32,000 bases of DNA from Pyrodictium occultum. GTDB lineage: Archaea; Thermoproteota; Thermoprotei_A; Sulfolobales; Pyrodictiaceae. The DNA lies in contig NZ_LNTB01000001.1 in assembly GCF_001462395.1 (NCBI RefSeq), positions 120,001 through 152,000 of the forward strand. Direction: 5' to 3'. The notes below the pieces were generated by a model. The model ran no database searches and had not been told where the DNA came from. It worked only from the letters and a program-made list of their open reading frames with translations. The position numbers were made by a program, and so were the translations under genes. Below, in pieces: positions 1 through 7,751 of the stretch (positions are counted from its first letter, which is position 1; each line of letters begins with the position of its first letter).

Positions 1-98
1 GCAGGGCTACCTGGGGGCGCGTAGAGGCTCTTAGCAGGCAGATGTAGGCCGAAGGCTATTGCCAGCCATACCAGGAAGAAGACCAGCGTCGCTAGCAT
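1..98 (-). CDS. 5' end of an unidentified ORF that runs out of the window (hydrophobic N-terminus, possibly a membrane protein)
   Basis: My own minus-strand translation from ATG at 98..96 gives MLATLVFFLVWLAIAFGLHLPAKSLYAPPGSP..., open to position 1. It is absent from the ORF track because it is truncated. No family can be assigned. Confidence 0.25.
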   Translation of the reverse strand, partial: MLATLVFFLVWLAIAFGLHLPAKSLYAPPGSP

Positions 99-525
99 AA
101 ACGCCCTCTTGTACCTCTCATAGTCGACTCTAGCTAGTGCTGACAAGTCACCTCGCACCGGCTCCCGACGTACTCTCGGTAGAAGTATTTAAAACTAATT
201 ACTCCAGTTGTAAAAGTATAAAGAGTTATAGAACATGTAGAATTATGTATGCGGATATATGCTAAGCTCACAAGGAAACAGAAGAAGCAGGATGAAGACC
301 GGGCCGGGCATCAACGTAGTATCGATACATCCTGGCCGAGGCGAACAATTACATCCGCTTGATTCCGGTGTCGCAGCGTGATAGGGATCAGGATAGCGTG
401 ATTAGGCAACGTATATTATGGAGTAACGCAGGAACGGCGTCAGGGAACAGCTGTAAACCAGGCCGTGGCGGGCATCTGCGCCATAATACGGTTGAAGCCA
501 GGGTTACGGCTGCGGCTTTGAGGGT

Positions 526-604
526 TGGTGCGGCGGCCGGGATTTGAACCCGGGATCGCCGGCTTGGAAGGCCGGCGTCCTAGTCCAGGCTAGACGACCG
601 CCGC
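526..604 (-). tRNA. tRNA-Gly, anticodon UCC, CCA encoded, no intron
   Basis: The reverse complement reads GCGGCGG-TC-GTCTAGCCTGGACTAGGAC-G-CCGGC-CTTCCAA-GCCGG-CGATC-CCGGG-TTCAAAT-CCCGG-CCGCCGC-A-CCA. It folds as a full cloverleaf with a 7-bp acceptor and 5-bp anticodon and T stems. The anticodon loop CTTCCAA gives TCC. Confidence 0.9.
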
Positions 605-795
605 GCTCCATGCCGATGTTGTCCCTAAAAGGCCGGCGGATTATATCCCTTGATGCCGGGGGCCTGTGCTGAGAAGAGGGTCTCTTGACCCCCGAAGACG
701 GGGATGAAGAGAGCCGGAAAAGCTGAGACCCTCCTCGCTTGAACCATTAGTGGTTAGCCTTAAGAGTCCCTGGCGGCGTGCCCCCTAGACATGGT

Positions 796-870
796 GCCGC
801 CGTAGCTCAGCGGGAGAGCGCCCGGCTGAAGACCGGGCGGTCCGGGGTTCGAATCCCCGCGGCGGCACCA
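796..870 (+). tRNA. tRNA-Phe, anticodon GAA, CCA encoded, no intron
   Basis: The sequence reads GCCGCCG-TA-GCTC-AGCGGGA-GAGC-G-CCCGG-CTGAAGA-CCGGG-CGGTC-CGGGG-TTCGAAT-CCCCG-CGGCGGC-A-CCA. This is a canonical cloverleaf, and the anticodon loop CTGAAGA gives GAA. Confidence 0.92.
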
Positions 871-1047
871 TCGGTGCCGCCCGGTCCGCATGCTCCCCTC
901 TGCTTCTCGCTTCCCAGCGTCTAGAGAGGCCCGGTGATGAGGACTTGCCCATGCGAGCCCCTCGAGGAGGGGCGTTGACGTGGTACCGTGGCGGCTGAGG
1001 CTTCTTGCAAGCCTCTTGCCTGCCCCTCGGGGTCCCAGGGCAGTGCT

Positions 1048-1055
1048 ACTTATAG
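1048..1055 (+). promoter_or_regulatory. TATA-like box (ACTTATAG) upstream of the S13 operon
   Basis: It is the only A/T-rich octamer in the GC-rich tRNA-Phe/S13 spacer and lies ~65 nt upstream of the proposed S13 start. The assignment is positional only. Confidence 0.3.
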
Positions 1056-1117
1056 AGGGGCTCACTCTGGCCGGGGCGCCTGGGGAGCAGGTATCGCGTG
1101 GACTGAGGTGAGCTGGC

Positions 1118-1567
1118 CTGAGCGAGCAGCAGTATAGGTACATTGTTAGAATAGCCGGCACGGACATACCGGGCGATATTAAGACTGTTTATGGGCTCTC
1201 GTTGATCAAGGGTGTTGGTGTTAACTTTGCCCTCGCTCTCTGCCGGCTCCTGGGCATAGATCCGAACAAGAGGATAGGCTTCCTCACAGACGCGGAGATA
1301 GAGAAGATAGAGAACGCTATAGCCAATCCCACCGCGGTGGGTATACCTTCCTGGATGCTGAACCGCCGTAAGGACTACGAGACAGGCAAGGATCTACACT
1401 TAGTAGGCGCTGATCTAATATACTATGTGAGGAGGGATATAGAGCGTGAGAAGAGGATTAGAAGCTGGAGGGGTATACGCCACGCCCTCGGCCTCAAGGT
1501 GCGCGGCCAGAGGACCGCTACCACCGGCCGCATAGGCATGACCGTTGGCGTGAAGAGGCGCAAGTAG
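1118..1567 (+). CDS. rps13: 30S ribosomal protein S13 (uS13)
   Basis: The track ORF 1202..1567 (TTG) lacks the conserved N-terminus. The frame is open back to the TGA at 1109-1111 and encodes (L)[34 protein letters not shown]..., the typical archaeal S13 N-terminus. The only plausible start is CTG at 1118, 6 nt after a perfect SD GAGGTGA (1105-1111). The product would be 149 aa, the normal length. Confidence 0.88.
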   Translation: MSEQQYRYIVRIAGTDIPGDIKTVYGLSLIKGVGVNFALALCRLLGIDPNKRIGFLTDAEIEKIENAIANPTAVGIPSWMLNRRKDYETGKDLHLVGADLIYYVRRDIEREKRIRSWRGIRHALGLKVRGQRTATTGRIGMTVGVKRRK

Positions 1568-1580
1568 TGTTAAACTCGGG

Positions 1581-2126
1581 GTGGTGGCGATGGGTGACCC
1601 GAAGAAGCCGCGTAAGAAGTGGATGGGGCCTAAACACCCCTGGATCAAGGAGCGCCTGGTCCGCGAGATAGAGCTGATGGGCAAGTATGGGCTCCGTAAC
1701 AAGAGGGAGCTGTGGAAGCTAGAGACGCTAGCTAGGTACTTCAGGCACCGCGCACGCGGTCTTCTGGCCCTGCCGCCGGAGGTTCGCGAGAAGGAGGAGA
1801 AGGCCCTCCTATCCCGCCTCCACGAGCTGGGCGTGCTGCCTGAGAACGCTACGCTTGACGACGTGCTCGGACTTACGGCGGAGCACTTCCTCGAGAGGAG
1901 GCTCCAGACCATAGTATATAAGAAGGGGCTCGCACGCTCAATACATGAGGCGCGCCAGCTTATAGTACATGGCCACATAGCCATAGCAGGCCGTAGGATA
2001 AGGAGCCCTGGCTACCTCGTCAAGAGAGACGAGGAGGAGCTTATAAGCTACACACCTACCAGCCCCCTCGCCAAGCGGGCTGCGGAGGAGGGCGCTCAAT
2101 CAGAGGAGGCCCCTGGCTCCGAATAG
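1581..2126 (+). CDS. rps4: 30S ribosomal protein S4 (uS4)
   Basis: [11 protein letters not shown]... and the S4 RNA-binding domain ([18 protein letters not shown]) are present. The likely true start is ATG 1590 rather than GTG 1581. Confidence 0.93.
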   Translation: MVAMGDPKKPRKKWMGPKHPWIKERLVREIELMGKYGLRNKRELWKLETLARYFRHRARGLLALPPEVREKEEKALLSRLHELGVLPENATLDDVLGLTAEHFLERRLQTIVYKKGLARSIHEARQLIVHGHIAIAGRRIRSPGYLVKRDEEELISYTPTSPLAKRAAEEGAQSEEAPGSE

Positions 2127-2147
2127 CCGTGGATATAGCCAGCGGCG

Positions 2148-2567
2148 GTGGAGGGTGGTTCTGGAATGGCGTTCTCAGCTCGTGAGATAAAGTGGGGTGT
2201 TGCACACATATACTCCAGCTACAACAACACGATAATACACATCACGGACCTCACCGGGGCGGAGACAGTAGCCAGGGCCAGTGGTGGCATGGTGGTAAAG
2301 GCTGACAGGGAGAAGCCGAGCCCCTACGCCGCAATGCTGGCCGCCAGCAGGGCTGCGCAGCAGGCGATGGAGAAGGGCATAGCGGCGCTCCACATAAAGG
2401 TGCGTGCCCCCGGGGGCCACGGGCCAAAGACGCCTGGGCCTGGGGCGCAGGCCGCCATACGAGCGCTCGCCAGGGCAGGCTTCATCATAGGCAGGATAGA
2501 GGATGTGACCCCAATACCTCACGACACCACCCGTAGGCCTGGAGGCAGGAGAGGCCGCCGCGTCTAA
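2148..2567 (+). CDS. rps11: 30S ribosomal protein S11 (uS11)
   Basis: [24 protein letters not shown]... and the C-terminal [21 protein letters not shown] are the canonical S11 signature. It occupies the operon position after S4. Confidence 0.93.
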   Translation: MEGGSGMAFSAREIKWGVAHIYSSYNNTIIHITDLTGAETVARASGGMVVKADREKPSPYAAMLAASRAAQQAMEKGIAALHIKVRAPGGHGPKTPGPGAQAAIRALARAGFIIGRIEDVTPIPHDTTRRPGGRRGRRV

Positions 2568-2711
2568 GAACGCGGCACCCCCATCTCCCCTTTCCGTGTT
2601 ATTCTGGCTCGGAGAGCCCTCGCGAGCCTGTCCCGCTTTAGGGCCTGGGGCGGTTTTCTCTCCCCGGCTCCATCGGCGCCGTGCTCCGGGCTGCTACGAG
2701 AGGTAAAGACC

Positions 2712-3551
2712 ATGGAGGTATGTGTGCTGGAGAAGGCGGGTAACCGGCTTAGGGTTATGGTTAGAGACGCGCCGCTCCCCCTAATCAATGCTATAAGGCG
2801 TGCATGCTTCACCGAGGTACCCGTGATGGCTGTCGACATTGTAGAGGTGTTTGACAACAATACTGTGCTATATGACGAGATGATAGCGCACCGGCTCGGA
2901 CTCATACCTCTCACGAGCAGCGAGGCCCTGCAGAAGTACAAGCGGCCCGAGGAGTGCAGGGACGCCAAGCTGGGCGACCCCGACTGCTACGTGGTTCTCC
3001 GCCTGGAGGCCGAGACGGGCCCCAAGGAGGAGCGGATAGTATACAGTGGAGACCTGGAGACCAGCGATCCAGGCGTGAAGCCGGTCTACGACAACATGCC
3101 CATAGTTGTGATGGCGCCTGACCAGAGGCTCAGGCTCCAGGCCTATGCTAGACTAGGCTATGGCAAGGAGCATGCGAAGTGGATGCCGGTGAGCGTGGCT
3201 GCGCATAAGTACCTGCCGGTGCTGGTCTTCGATTTGGAGAAGGCTAGCAATGAGTGCCTCGAGTGTATAGAGGCTGCCTACCCCCAGATAGTGGAGCAGA
3301 TGAGGAAGACCGGTAAGGGCGAGATAAGGATAGTCGATGATATAAACGCTTCTGCCCTCTACTGGTGCGCCACCAAGAAGTGTGGGGAAGCCGTACAGCT
3401 GCGCTTCGACGAGAATACATTCCTCCTAAAGATAGAGTCTACGGGTGCGCTCGAGCCCGAGGAGATCCTTCGCGAGGCAGCAGATGCCATTGCGAGGAAG
3501 GCTGAAAATCTGCTCTCAGAGATAGCGCGGCTACGCCGGGAGAGGAGCTAG
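2712..3551 (+). CDS. rpoD: DNA-directed RNA polymerase subunit D (Rpo3)
   Basis: The N-terminal dimerisation domain reads LPLINAIRRACFTEVPVMAVD ... NTVLYDEMIAHRLGLIPL. The inserted domain carries CxxC...Cx4C (CLEC, CATKKC), compatible with the Fe-S type domain 3 seen in some archaeal subunit D proteins. It has the conserved position after S11. Confidence 0.9.
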   Translation: MEVCVLEKAGNRLRVMVRDAPLPLINAIRRACFTEVPVMAVDIVEVFDNNTVLYDEMIAHRLGLIPLTSSEALQKYKRPEECRDAKLGDPDCYVVLRLEAETGPKEERIVYSGDLETSDPGVKPVYDNMPIVVMAPDQRLRLQAYARLGYGKEHAKWMPVSVAAHKYLPVLVFDLEKASNECLECIEAAYPQIVEQMRKTGKGEIRIVDDINASALYWCATKKCGEAVQLRFDENTFLLKIESTGALEPEEILREAADAIARKAENLLSEIARLRRERS

Positions 3552-3566
3552 CACGGGTGAACGCCG

Positions 3567-3938
3567 GTGCAGGCCGTGAAGAGGACCGGACCGACAAACA
3601 TACTGGTAAGAAAGACTATACGTGCGCTGAGGAGCGCCGCCCACCGGAATAACGCGCCCATATGGAGGTATGTGGCGGAGCTTATTGACAGGCCCCGTCG
3701 CCTCCGTGTAGAGGTCAACATAAGCAAGATAAACCGCTATACCAAGGCTGGTGACGTAGTAGTGGTTCCAGGGAAGGTTCTGGGCGCCGGCAGCATAGAT
3801 CATCCCGTGACCGTGGCAGCCCTAGGCTTCAGCAGCCAGGCTGTGGAGAAGATACGCGCCGCCGGCGGCAGGGTTCTGCACATACTCCAGCTGCTCGAGG
3901 AGAACCCCCGAGGCAGCCGGGTAAGAATCATAGTATAG
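3567..3938 (+). CDS. rpl18e: 50S ribosomal protein L18e (eL18)
   Basis: KRTGPTNILVRKTIRALR ... VVVVPGKVLGAG is typical of L18e. It has the conserved position between rpoD and rpl13. Confidence 0.88.
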   Translation: MQAVKRTGPTNILVRKTIRALRSAAHRNNAPIWRYVAELIDRPRRLRVEVNISKINRYTKAGDVVVVPGKVLGAGSIDHPVTVAALGFSSQAVEKIRAAGGRVLHILQLLEENPRGSRVRIIV

Positions 3939-3985
3939 CCTATTTATGTTCCCGGCCTGTCGAAGGGCTGCGAGGGGACTCCACA

Positions 3986-4468
3986 ATGGCGGTTAGGGTG
4001 GCTGCGCCCAAGCCCCCGGAGAGGGTGCTCTACATAGATGCTGCCAACCAGATACTCGGTAGGCTGGCTGCAGAGGCCGCGAAGAGGCTGCTGGAAGGCT
4101 ACCGCGTCTACATAGTCAACGCTGAGAAGGCGGTTGTAAGCGGCGACCCGCTCATGGTTATACGCAGCTACAAGCTCTGGTGGGAGATAAAGGTCCACGT
4201 CAACCCCTACAAGTGGGCTCCCCATAGGCCGCGGAGCCCGATAGCGATAGTGCGCAAGGCTGTGCTCGGGATGCTGCCTAGGAGCAAGCAGAAAGGGCGT
4301 GAGGCTGCCCGCCGTCTCCGCGTCTACATAGGTGTGCCGGAGGAGCTGAAGGGCAGGCAGTTCGTGAGGTTCGCCTTCGCCGATGCGAGAAGGCTTGGTC
4401 ACAAGTTTATACGAGTAGGAGAGCTGGCCCAGAGGCTGGGATGGAAGGGGGTGGCTCCTAGGCCTTGA
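3986..4468 (+). CDS. rpl13: 50S ribosomal protein L13 (uL13)
   Basis: IDAANQILGRLAAEAAKRLLEG..VYIVNAEKAVVSG and VLGMLPR are L13 motifs. Its stop overlaps the S9 start (TTGA). Confidence 0.92.
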   Translation: MAVRVAAPKPPERVLYIDAANQILGRLAAEAAKRLLEGYRVYIVNAEKAVVSGDPLMVIRSYKLWWEIKVHVNPYKWAPHRPRSPIAIVRKAVLGMLPRSKQKGREAARRLRVYIGVPEELKGRQFVRFAFADARRLGHKFIRVGELAQRLGWKGVAPRP

Positions 4469-4926
4469 GCAGCGAGTCCCGGGCGCCGAGGCTCCTGGGC
4501 GCCCACCTGCAGGCTGAGAAGCCAATACGTATAGTCGTATCGACGGGCAAGAGGAAGACCAGCATAGCTAGGGCCGTGATCAAGCCTGGGAAGGGCAGGG
4601 TCTGGGTCAATGGGGTCCCGGTGGAGATTTGGCCTATAGAGATGGCCCGCTGGAAGATGATGGAGCCGCTGCTCCTTGCGGGTGAGGAGATAGCCAACAG
4701 TGTTGATATACGTGTAACAGTTCGTGGCGGCGGTTACATGAGTCAGGCCGACGCAGTCCGCATGGCTATAGCAAGGGGGCTCGTAGCCTATACCGGGAGC
4801 GAGGAGCTGCGCAAGATCTACGAGGAGTACGACCGGTCCATGCTGGCCGGCGACCCGAGGCAGACGGAGCCAGAGAAGCCCATGAGGAGGAGCGCGAGGA
4901 GGCGCTGGCAGAAGAGCTACAGGTGA
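4465..4926 (+). CDS. rps9: 30S ribosomal protein S9 (uS9)
   Basis: STGKRKTSIARAVIKPGKGRVWVNG ... VRGGGYMSQADAVRMAIARGL ... the C-terminal RRRWQKSYR is the S9 signature. The TTG start overlaps the L13 stop. Confidence 0.92.
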   Translation: MSSESRAPRLLGAHLQAEKPIRIVVSTGKRKTSIARAVIKPGKGRVWVNGVPVEIWPIEMARWKMMEPLLLAGEEIANSVDIRVTVRGGGYMSQADAVRMAIARGLVAYTGSEELRKIYEEYDRSMLAGDPRQTEPEKPMRRSARRRWQKSYR

Positions 4927-4932
4927 CGCCCC

Positions 4933-5133
4933 ATGATTACCCCTATACGCTGTTTTACCTGCGGAGCCCCGCTCGCCCAGTACTGGGAGGAGTTCCGTAA
5001 GCGGGTTGAGGCTGGCGAGGATCCCACCAAGGTTCTAGACGATCTTGGCGTCAGGAGGTACTGTTGCAGGAAGACCCTGCTAACCCATGTGCCTGCCATA
5101 TACGAGGTGCGCAGGTTTAAGCGTGTGCTCTAG
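4933..5133 (+). CDS. rpoN: DNA-directed RNA polymerase subunit N (Rpo10)
   Basis: [14 protein letters not shown] ... [13 protein letters not shown] is the Rpb10/RpoN zinc-bundle signature in a 66-aa product. Confidence 0.93.
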   Translation: MITPIRCFTCGAPLAQYWEEFRKRVEAGEDPTKVLDDLGVRRYCCRKTLLTHVPAIYEVRRFKRVL

Positions 5134-5196
5134 CTCCTTTAGGGGGCGAGCCGCCACGCCTATATTGCTCCTTCCGGATGGACCCCCGCCGGGTGC

Positions 5197-5847
5197 GTGG
5201 TTATGAGCCAGGAGGCGGGCAGGCAGCAGGGTACTGGTAGGACAGTCGAGCTGCTAGTACCGCTGGAGCGCTACCTCTCAGCAGGCATGCACATCGGCAC
5301 GCATATCTGCACAGCATACATGAGGAGGTTCGTCTACCGCGTTAGGCCCGACGGCCTCTACATACTCGATATAAGGAAGACCGACGAGAGGCTCTGGGTG
5401 GCTGCTAAGTTCCTCGCGCGCTTTGACCCCTCAAAGATAGTGGCTGTCTCTGTGAGGCAGTACGGGCAGAGGCCGGTGCAGAAGTTCTGCACCTACATAG
5501 GCTGCAAGGCGCTCACGGGGAGGATTCTTCCGGGCACCTTTACCAACCCGAGCCTAGAGTGGTACATAGAGCCTGAGGTGATAGTGGTAAGCGATCCACG
5601 CGCTGACAGCCAGGCTGTGGACGAAGCGGCGAGGATGGGTATACCTGTAGTCGCTCTGGCCGACACCGATAACAGAGTCGAGAATATCGACCTCGTGATA
5701 CCGGTTAACAACAAGGGTAGGAGGAGCCTGGCTCTAACCTACTGGATACTCGCCAGGGAGATACTAAGGGAGCAGGGTAAGCTCCAGCCCGGCCAGGACC
5801 TGCCGGAGCCTCCGGAGGCCTTTGAGTTCAAGGTGCGCCGGCGCTAG
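5197..5847 (+). CDS. rps2: 30S ribosomal protein S2 (uS2)
   Basis: LSAGMHIGT...[20 protein letters not shown]...[27 protein letters not shown] is the S2 fold signature. ATG 5203 is an alternative start. A TATA-like CTATATT lies at ~5160. Confidence 0.92.
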   Translation: MVMSQEAGRQQGTGRTVELLVPLERYLSAGMHIGTHICTAYMRRFVYRVRPDGLYILDIRKTDERLWVAAKFLARFDPSKIVAVSVRQYGQRPVQKFCTYIGCKALTGRILPGTFTNPSLEWYIEPEVIVVSDPRADSQAVDEAARMGIPVVALADTDNRVENIDLVIPVNNKGRRSLALTYWILAREILREQGKLQPGQDLPEPPEAFEFKVRRR

Positions 5848-5999
5848 GGCTTACCCACCTGCCCTCCCTCAGCGCCTAGATCTATTTCCCTCTAAGCTCA
5901 GCGTTGTTCTGCGGCAGAGTTATCCAGCTCCCGAAAACCCTACCATAACGTAGGGGCTGCACAGATACCCCCTCTAGGCGCGCATAGCCTCTATGAGGG

Positions 6000-6887
6000 G
6001 TGACGGTGATGGCCGCCTACACGAGCCGGGTTGCAGGCGGAAAGAGGCTCCCCGCCGTGGCGGGGCTATTCTACGAGGCCGACCCCAAGGCGCTGAAGGC
6101 CCAGATAGAGTGGGCCTTCCGCCACCCACTAGGCCCGCGCAAACTCCCCGAGGTAAGTAGTGAGAGGAAGCCGGTGAGCAAGGGCTTCGTAGTGCCTCAC
6201 GCAGGCTACATGTATAGCGGCCCTGTGGCCGCGCATGCCTACTACCAGCTGGCTCTGGAGGGTCCTGCCGAGACCTACGTGATAATTGGGCCTAACCACA
6301 CGGGGCTCGGCGAGATAGTCTCGGTGTATCCGGGTGGCGTCTGGGTTACTCCTCTTGGCGAGGTAGAGGTTGACGCCGAGCTGGCCAGGGCCATAATAGA
6401 GGCTAGCAGCTACGCTGCGCCCGACGAGCTAGCGCACCGCGAGGAGCACAGCGTCGAGGTCCAGGTGCCTTTCCTCCAGTACCTCTTCGGCAACCGGTTC
6501 CGCATAGTGCCCATAGTGGTGTATGAGCAGACGCCCAGGGTCTCTGAGGACCTTGGAAGGGCGATACTAGAGGCTGTGGAGAAGACTGGCCGTGATATTG
6601 TAGTCCTGGCTAGTAGCGACTTCACGCACTACGAGCCGCACGACGTCGCCTCGTCGAAGGACAAGCTGGCTATAGATGCTATACTCGAGCTCGACCCCGT
6701 GAAGCTCTACGAGACCATAACGAAGTATAATATAACGATGTGCGGCCCGGGCGCTGTGATGGCTATGCTGTACTATGCCCGTGGAAAGGGGGCCGGCACG
6801 GCCAGGCTGCTCCGCTACGCCACCAGCGGCGACGTAGCCGGGGATAAGAGCAGTGTCGTAGGCTACGCCGCCATACAGGTTTACTAG
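6000..6887 (+). CDS. MEMO1-family protein (AmmeMemoRadiSam system protein B-like)
   Basis: AGLFYEADP, VVPHAGYMYSGPVAAHAY, EEHSVEVQVPFLQY, SSDFTHY and the C-terminal VVGYAAI are family hallmarks. It sits in the conserved archaeal position between rps2 and the mevalonate genes. Confidence 0.85.
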   Translation: MTVMAAYTSRVAGGKRLPAVAGLFYEADPKALKAQIEWAFRHPLGPRKLPEVSSERKPVSKGFVVPHAGYMYSGPVAAHAYYQLALEGPAETYVIIGPNHTGLGEIVSVYPGGVWVTPLGEVEVDAELARAIIEASSYAAPDELAHREEHSVEVQVPFLQYLFGNRFRIVPIVVYEQTPRVSEDLGRAILEAVEKTGRDIVVLASSDFTHYEPHDVASSKDKLAIDAILELDPVKLYETITKYNITMCGPGAVMAMLYYARGKGAGTARLLRYATSGDVAGDKSSVVGYAAIQVY

Positions 6888-6947
6888 TCCTCTTTACTAG
6901 CCCTCCCGGGGACGCGTCGCTGCCGGGAGCGGGGGAGGCAGGAGGGT

Positions 6948-7751
6948 TTGTACGAGTTCCCGCTAGCGCTCGTTTTCGCAGGCGTCCCGCTGCCGGGGAG
7001 GGAGAACCCCTACATAATCCTGGTTTCGCCCAACCCCCTCGTCTACATAGACGTTGACATCGACGAGGCAGAGGTTTCCTCCGCCTCTGTCAGAGGGCTC
7101 CAGCTCGGCTGGCGCTACGAGCTCGCAGTCAAGTCCTTTGTGGACACCCTCTCGGCGAGGCTTGAGCAGCCGCTAAAGGTAGTTGTGGAGGTGGAGAGCC
7201 CCCTCTCCTACCCCCCGGCTGCATCCGTCTACGCCGCTACAAGCCTGGCGGTCGTCAAGGCCGTGGCGGAGGCCGCCGGCTACGAGCTAGACCAGCGGGA
7301 GGTGCTCGAGTCGGCGAGCAGCGTGGACGAGGAGGCCGGGGTGCTGCTCGACTACCTGGATGGGCTCCGGGAGGCGCTGACGACTGGTAGGAGCCTTGTT
7401 TACCGTAGAGGGGAGGAGCCGCTAGGGCTCTCAACCGGGGCTAGGCTTGAACTGGAGCTGGTGGGGGAGGAGGATATAGGCGAGGAGGCTAAGGAGGTCC
7501 TGGAGGATCCTATAGGCTCAGCTGTCACCAGGCTCAGCGGGCTAGCGGTTGTAGAGGCTGCTAAGAGGCTCCGGGAGGGCGATACAGACGTTTTCCGGCT
7601 GGTGCAGCGCGTGGATAACGCTGTATTCTACCTCCTCTACGGCGCAGAGACACCCAGGGCAGAGTGCAAGTGGACTCCATCGCTTCAGAGGGTATATGGG
7701 GTATGCAGGCCGGGGGCCGGCGTGGGCGACCCAGTGGAGTTCGTGTTGTAA
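6948..7751 (+). CDS. GHMP-kinase-like protein in the mevalonate-kinase syntenic slot, with all three kinase motifs degenerate; function uncertain
   Basis: The TTG start is preceded by GGGAGGCAGGAGGG. Its layout resembles GHMP kinases. The region PLALVFAGVPLPG replaces motif I (PGKxILxGEH). ESPLSYPPAASVYAATSLAVVKAVAEAAGYEL replaces motif II (PxGSGLGSSAA...). PGAGVGD near the C-terminus replaces motif III (TGAGGGG). At 267 aa it is shorter than the usual ~310-330. Confidence 0.45.
   Translation: MYEFPLALVFAGVPLPGRENPYIILVSPNPLVYIDVDIDEAEVSSASVRGLQLGWRYELAVKSFVDTLSARLEQPLKVVVEVESPLSYPPAASVYAATSLAVVKAVAEAAGYELDQREVLESASSVDEEAGVLLDYLDGLREALTTGRSLVYRRGEEPLGLSTGARLELELVGEEDIGEEAKEVLEDPIGSAVTRLSGLAVVEAAKRLREGDTDVFRLVQRVDNAVFYLLYGAETPRAECKWTPSLQRVYGVCRPGAGVGDPVEFVL

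Noticed and set aside
1-604. I considered an integrated virus or plasmid at tRNA-Gly.
   Set aside because: The window contains no integrase and no viral genes. It also contains no second partial copy of the tRNA (att duplication). Only the AT-rich island is reported, as a lower-confidence finding.
359-1167. ORFs 359..547(+) and 760..1167(-), which overlap the two tRNA genes.
   Set aside because: They run through tRNA-Gly and tRNA-Phe respectively. Their translations are low-complexity with no recognisable motifs.
3944-4525. Long antisense or alternative-frame ORFs in the track. Examples are 3944..4525(-), 1415..1984(-), 11105..11824(-), 14949..15491(-), 15839..16525(+), 20451..21104(-), 24872..25348(-) and 28545..29075(+).
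   Set aside because: Each lies entirely opposite to, or out of frame with, a gene that has strong family signatures. Their translations are Pro/Arg/Gly/Ala/Ser-rich low-complexity strings, typical of stop-codon depletion in GC-rich DNA.
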